Origin: Malacoraja senta
Taxonomy: Eukaryota
DNA length: 64,000 bases
Assembly (NCBI GenBank): GCA_038087875.1
Contig: CM075995.1
Coordinates: 2,172,001-2,236,000, forward strand
Reading direction: 5' to 3'
The notes under the pieces were generated by a model, which ran no database searches, was not told the origin of the DNA, and saw only the letters and a list, made by a program, of their open reading frames with translations. Position numbers and translations under genes: made by a program. Shown piece after piece: positions 62,993 through 64,000 of the stretch. Position 1 is the first letter of the stretch; each line of letters opens with the position of its first letter.

Positions 62993-63666
62993 GTCAAGCA
63001 GCATCCCTAGAGGGCAGGGATGGCAACGTTTTGGGTCAGTACCCTTCTTCAGACTTTATTGTTTTCGGGATTTCATTGGTTTCAAATTTGTTAGTAAGAA
63101 TAAAAAATTTAAAAAAGCACGTCTTAGTTTCGCAGAATAATTACATATTTTCTAGATAGCTGCTACACAAAGAAACAACAGTACTGCTTTTCCTTAACTC
63201 AAGCCTGCTAATTATTGGTAATTACCTTGAGCATCATTCTAAACCATTGGAACGATTTCGAGGGATGCGAGCCAAATGCAGGGAAGTGGGAGTAGCTTAT
63301 GGTCGGCATGGACGAGTTGGGCCGAAGGGCCTGATTCCATGCTGTATGACTTTATCTATGACTATCTACCAATCCATTTATTTTAGATAGTTGATTAATT
63401 TGAAATTTGTCATTGAATCATCCATAATAGCTCTGTGTCAAGTAAAATGACACTGCAATTATACAATTTAATCAGTGGTTTACCAACTTCACCAGATATG
63501 CTGATAAAGAAAATTCATTCGAGCAATTCAAGTTTTGTTGCACAACCAACTCCAGGCCTCAATTTGTTTGCAGAAGGAGGAGAAACATTCACAACTTAGT
63601 CCATGTGTTTTCCTGGTGCTTTCTCTAACTATATGCTAGTTTAGGTGACTTTTATTCTATTTGCAG

Positions 63667-63760
63667 ATCAAACAAGGACGCGTGTGTGCAAGCACCACAA
63701 TGCCCAGGCCTTCTGCATAGTCAGGCAGAGTTTAAAAATACCTCCAAATCTCTGGCTATG
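63667..63760 (+). CDS. Candidate internal coding exon (94 nt), possibly the next exon after 37968-38113
   Basis: Acceptor gtgacttttattctatttgcag|, donor ATG|GTGAGG; open in the phase-2 frame: (R)SNKDACVQAPQCPGLLHSQAEFKNTSKSLAM. Confidence 0.45.
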
Positions 63761-63769
63761 GTGAGGGTT

Positions 63770-64000
63770 ATAGAGTCAAAAAGTCATAGAGTCACACAGT
63801 GCGGAGACAGGCCCTCTGGCCCAACACGACCAACATGTCCCATCTACACTGGTCCCATCTGCCTGTGTTTGGCCCACATCCCACTGAACCTGTCCTATCC
63901 ATGTGCCTGTTCAAATGTTTCTTAAGAGGTGCTTCAACCTACCTCCTCTGGCAGCTCGTTCCATACACCCACCACCGTTTGGGTGAAAAGGTCACCCCAC
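63770..64000 (-). mobile_element. CR1 (HER1-type) 3' fragment running off the window edge
   Basis: (agtcatag)n tail and reverse-complement 3' UTR. Confidence 0.85.

Noticed and set aside
62460..63159. Cluster of ORFs including a poly-Q 151-aa frame
   Set aside because: Lie within a GC-rich non-autonomous hAT element; no transposase motifs.

Overview
Eukaryotic, repeat-dominated genomic DNA. The repeat set (tRNA-derived HE1/V-SINE, HER1-type CR1 LINEs, DeuSINE remnants, Rex1/Babar, Penelope) points to a cartilaginous fish, probably a skate or ray; this is inferred from repeat content only. Most of the window is nested, decayed transposable elements: two long CR1 LINEs (8.0-11.4 kb minus, 51.1-55.2 kb plus), an atypical invertebrate-like CR1 (4.75-6.95 kb), a Tc1 element, an RTE fragment, a composite Helitron, five Harbinger-type MITEs, one hAT MITE, about 20 SINEs and about 20 Penelope terminal-repeat fragments. 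One repeat-free, GC-rich island (36.2-39.8 kb) looks like the promoter and first exons of a plus-strand host gene encoding a signal-peptide protein; a frame-compatible next exon may lie at 63.67 kb. I could not identify the gene. The most notable signals are catalytic-RNA motifs. (1) A 142-bp, TSD-flanked short retroelement at 31810-31951 (minus) begins exactly with a minimal 55-nt HDV-like ribozyme fold. (2) Many Penelope-derived insertions carry minimal type I hammerhead motifs, often as fold-back units with 10-16 bp target duplications. Nearly all ORFs in the supplied track are TE debris or chance frames. Boundaries not defined by a TSD or TIR are approximate.
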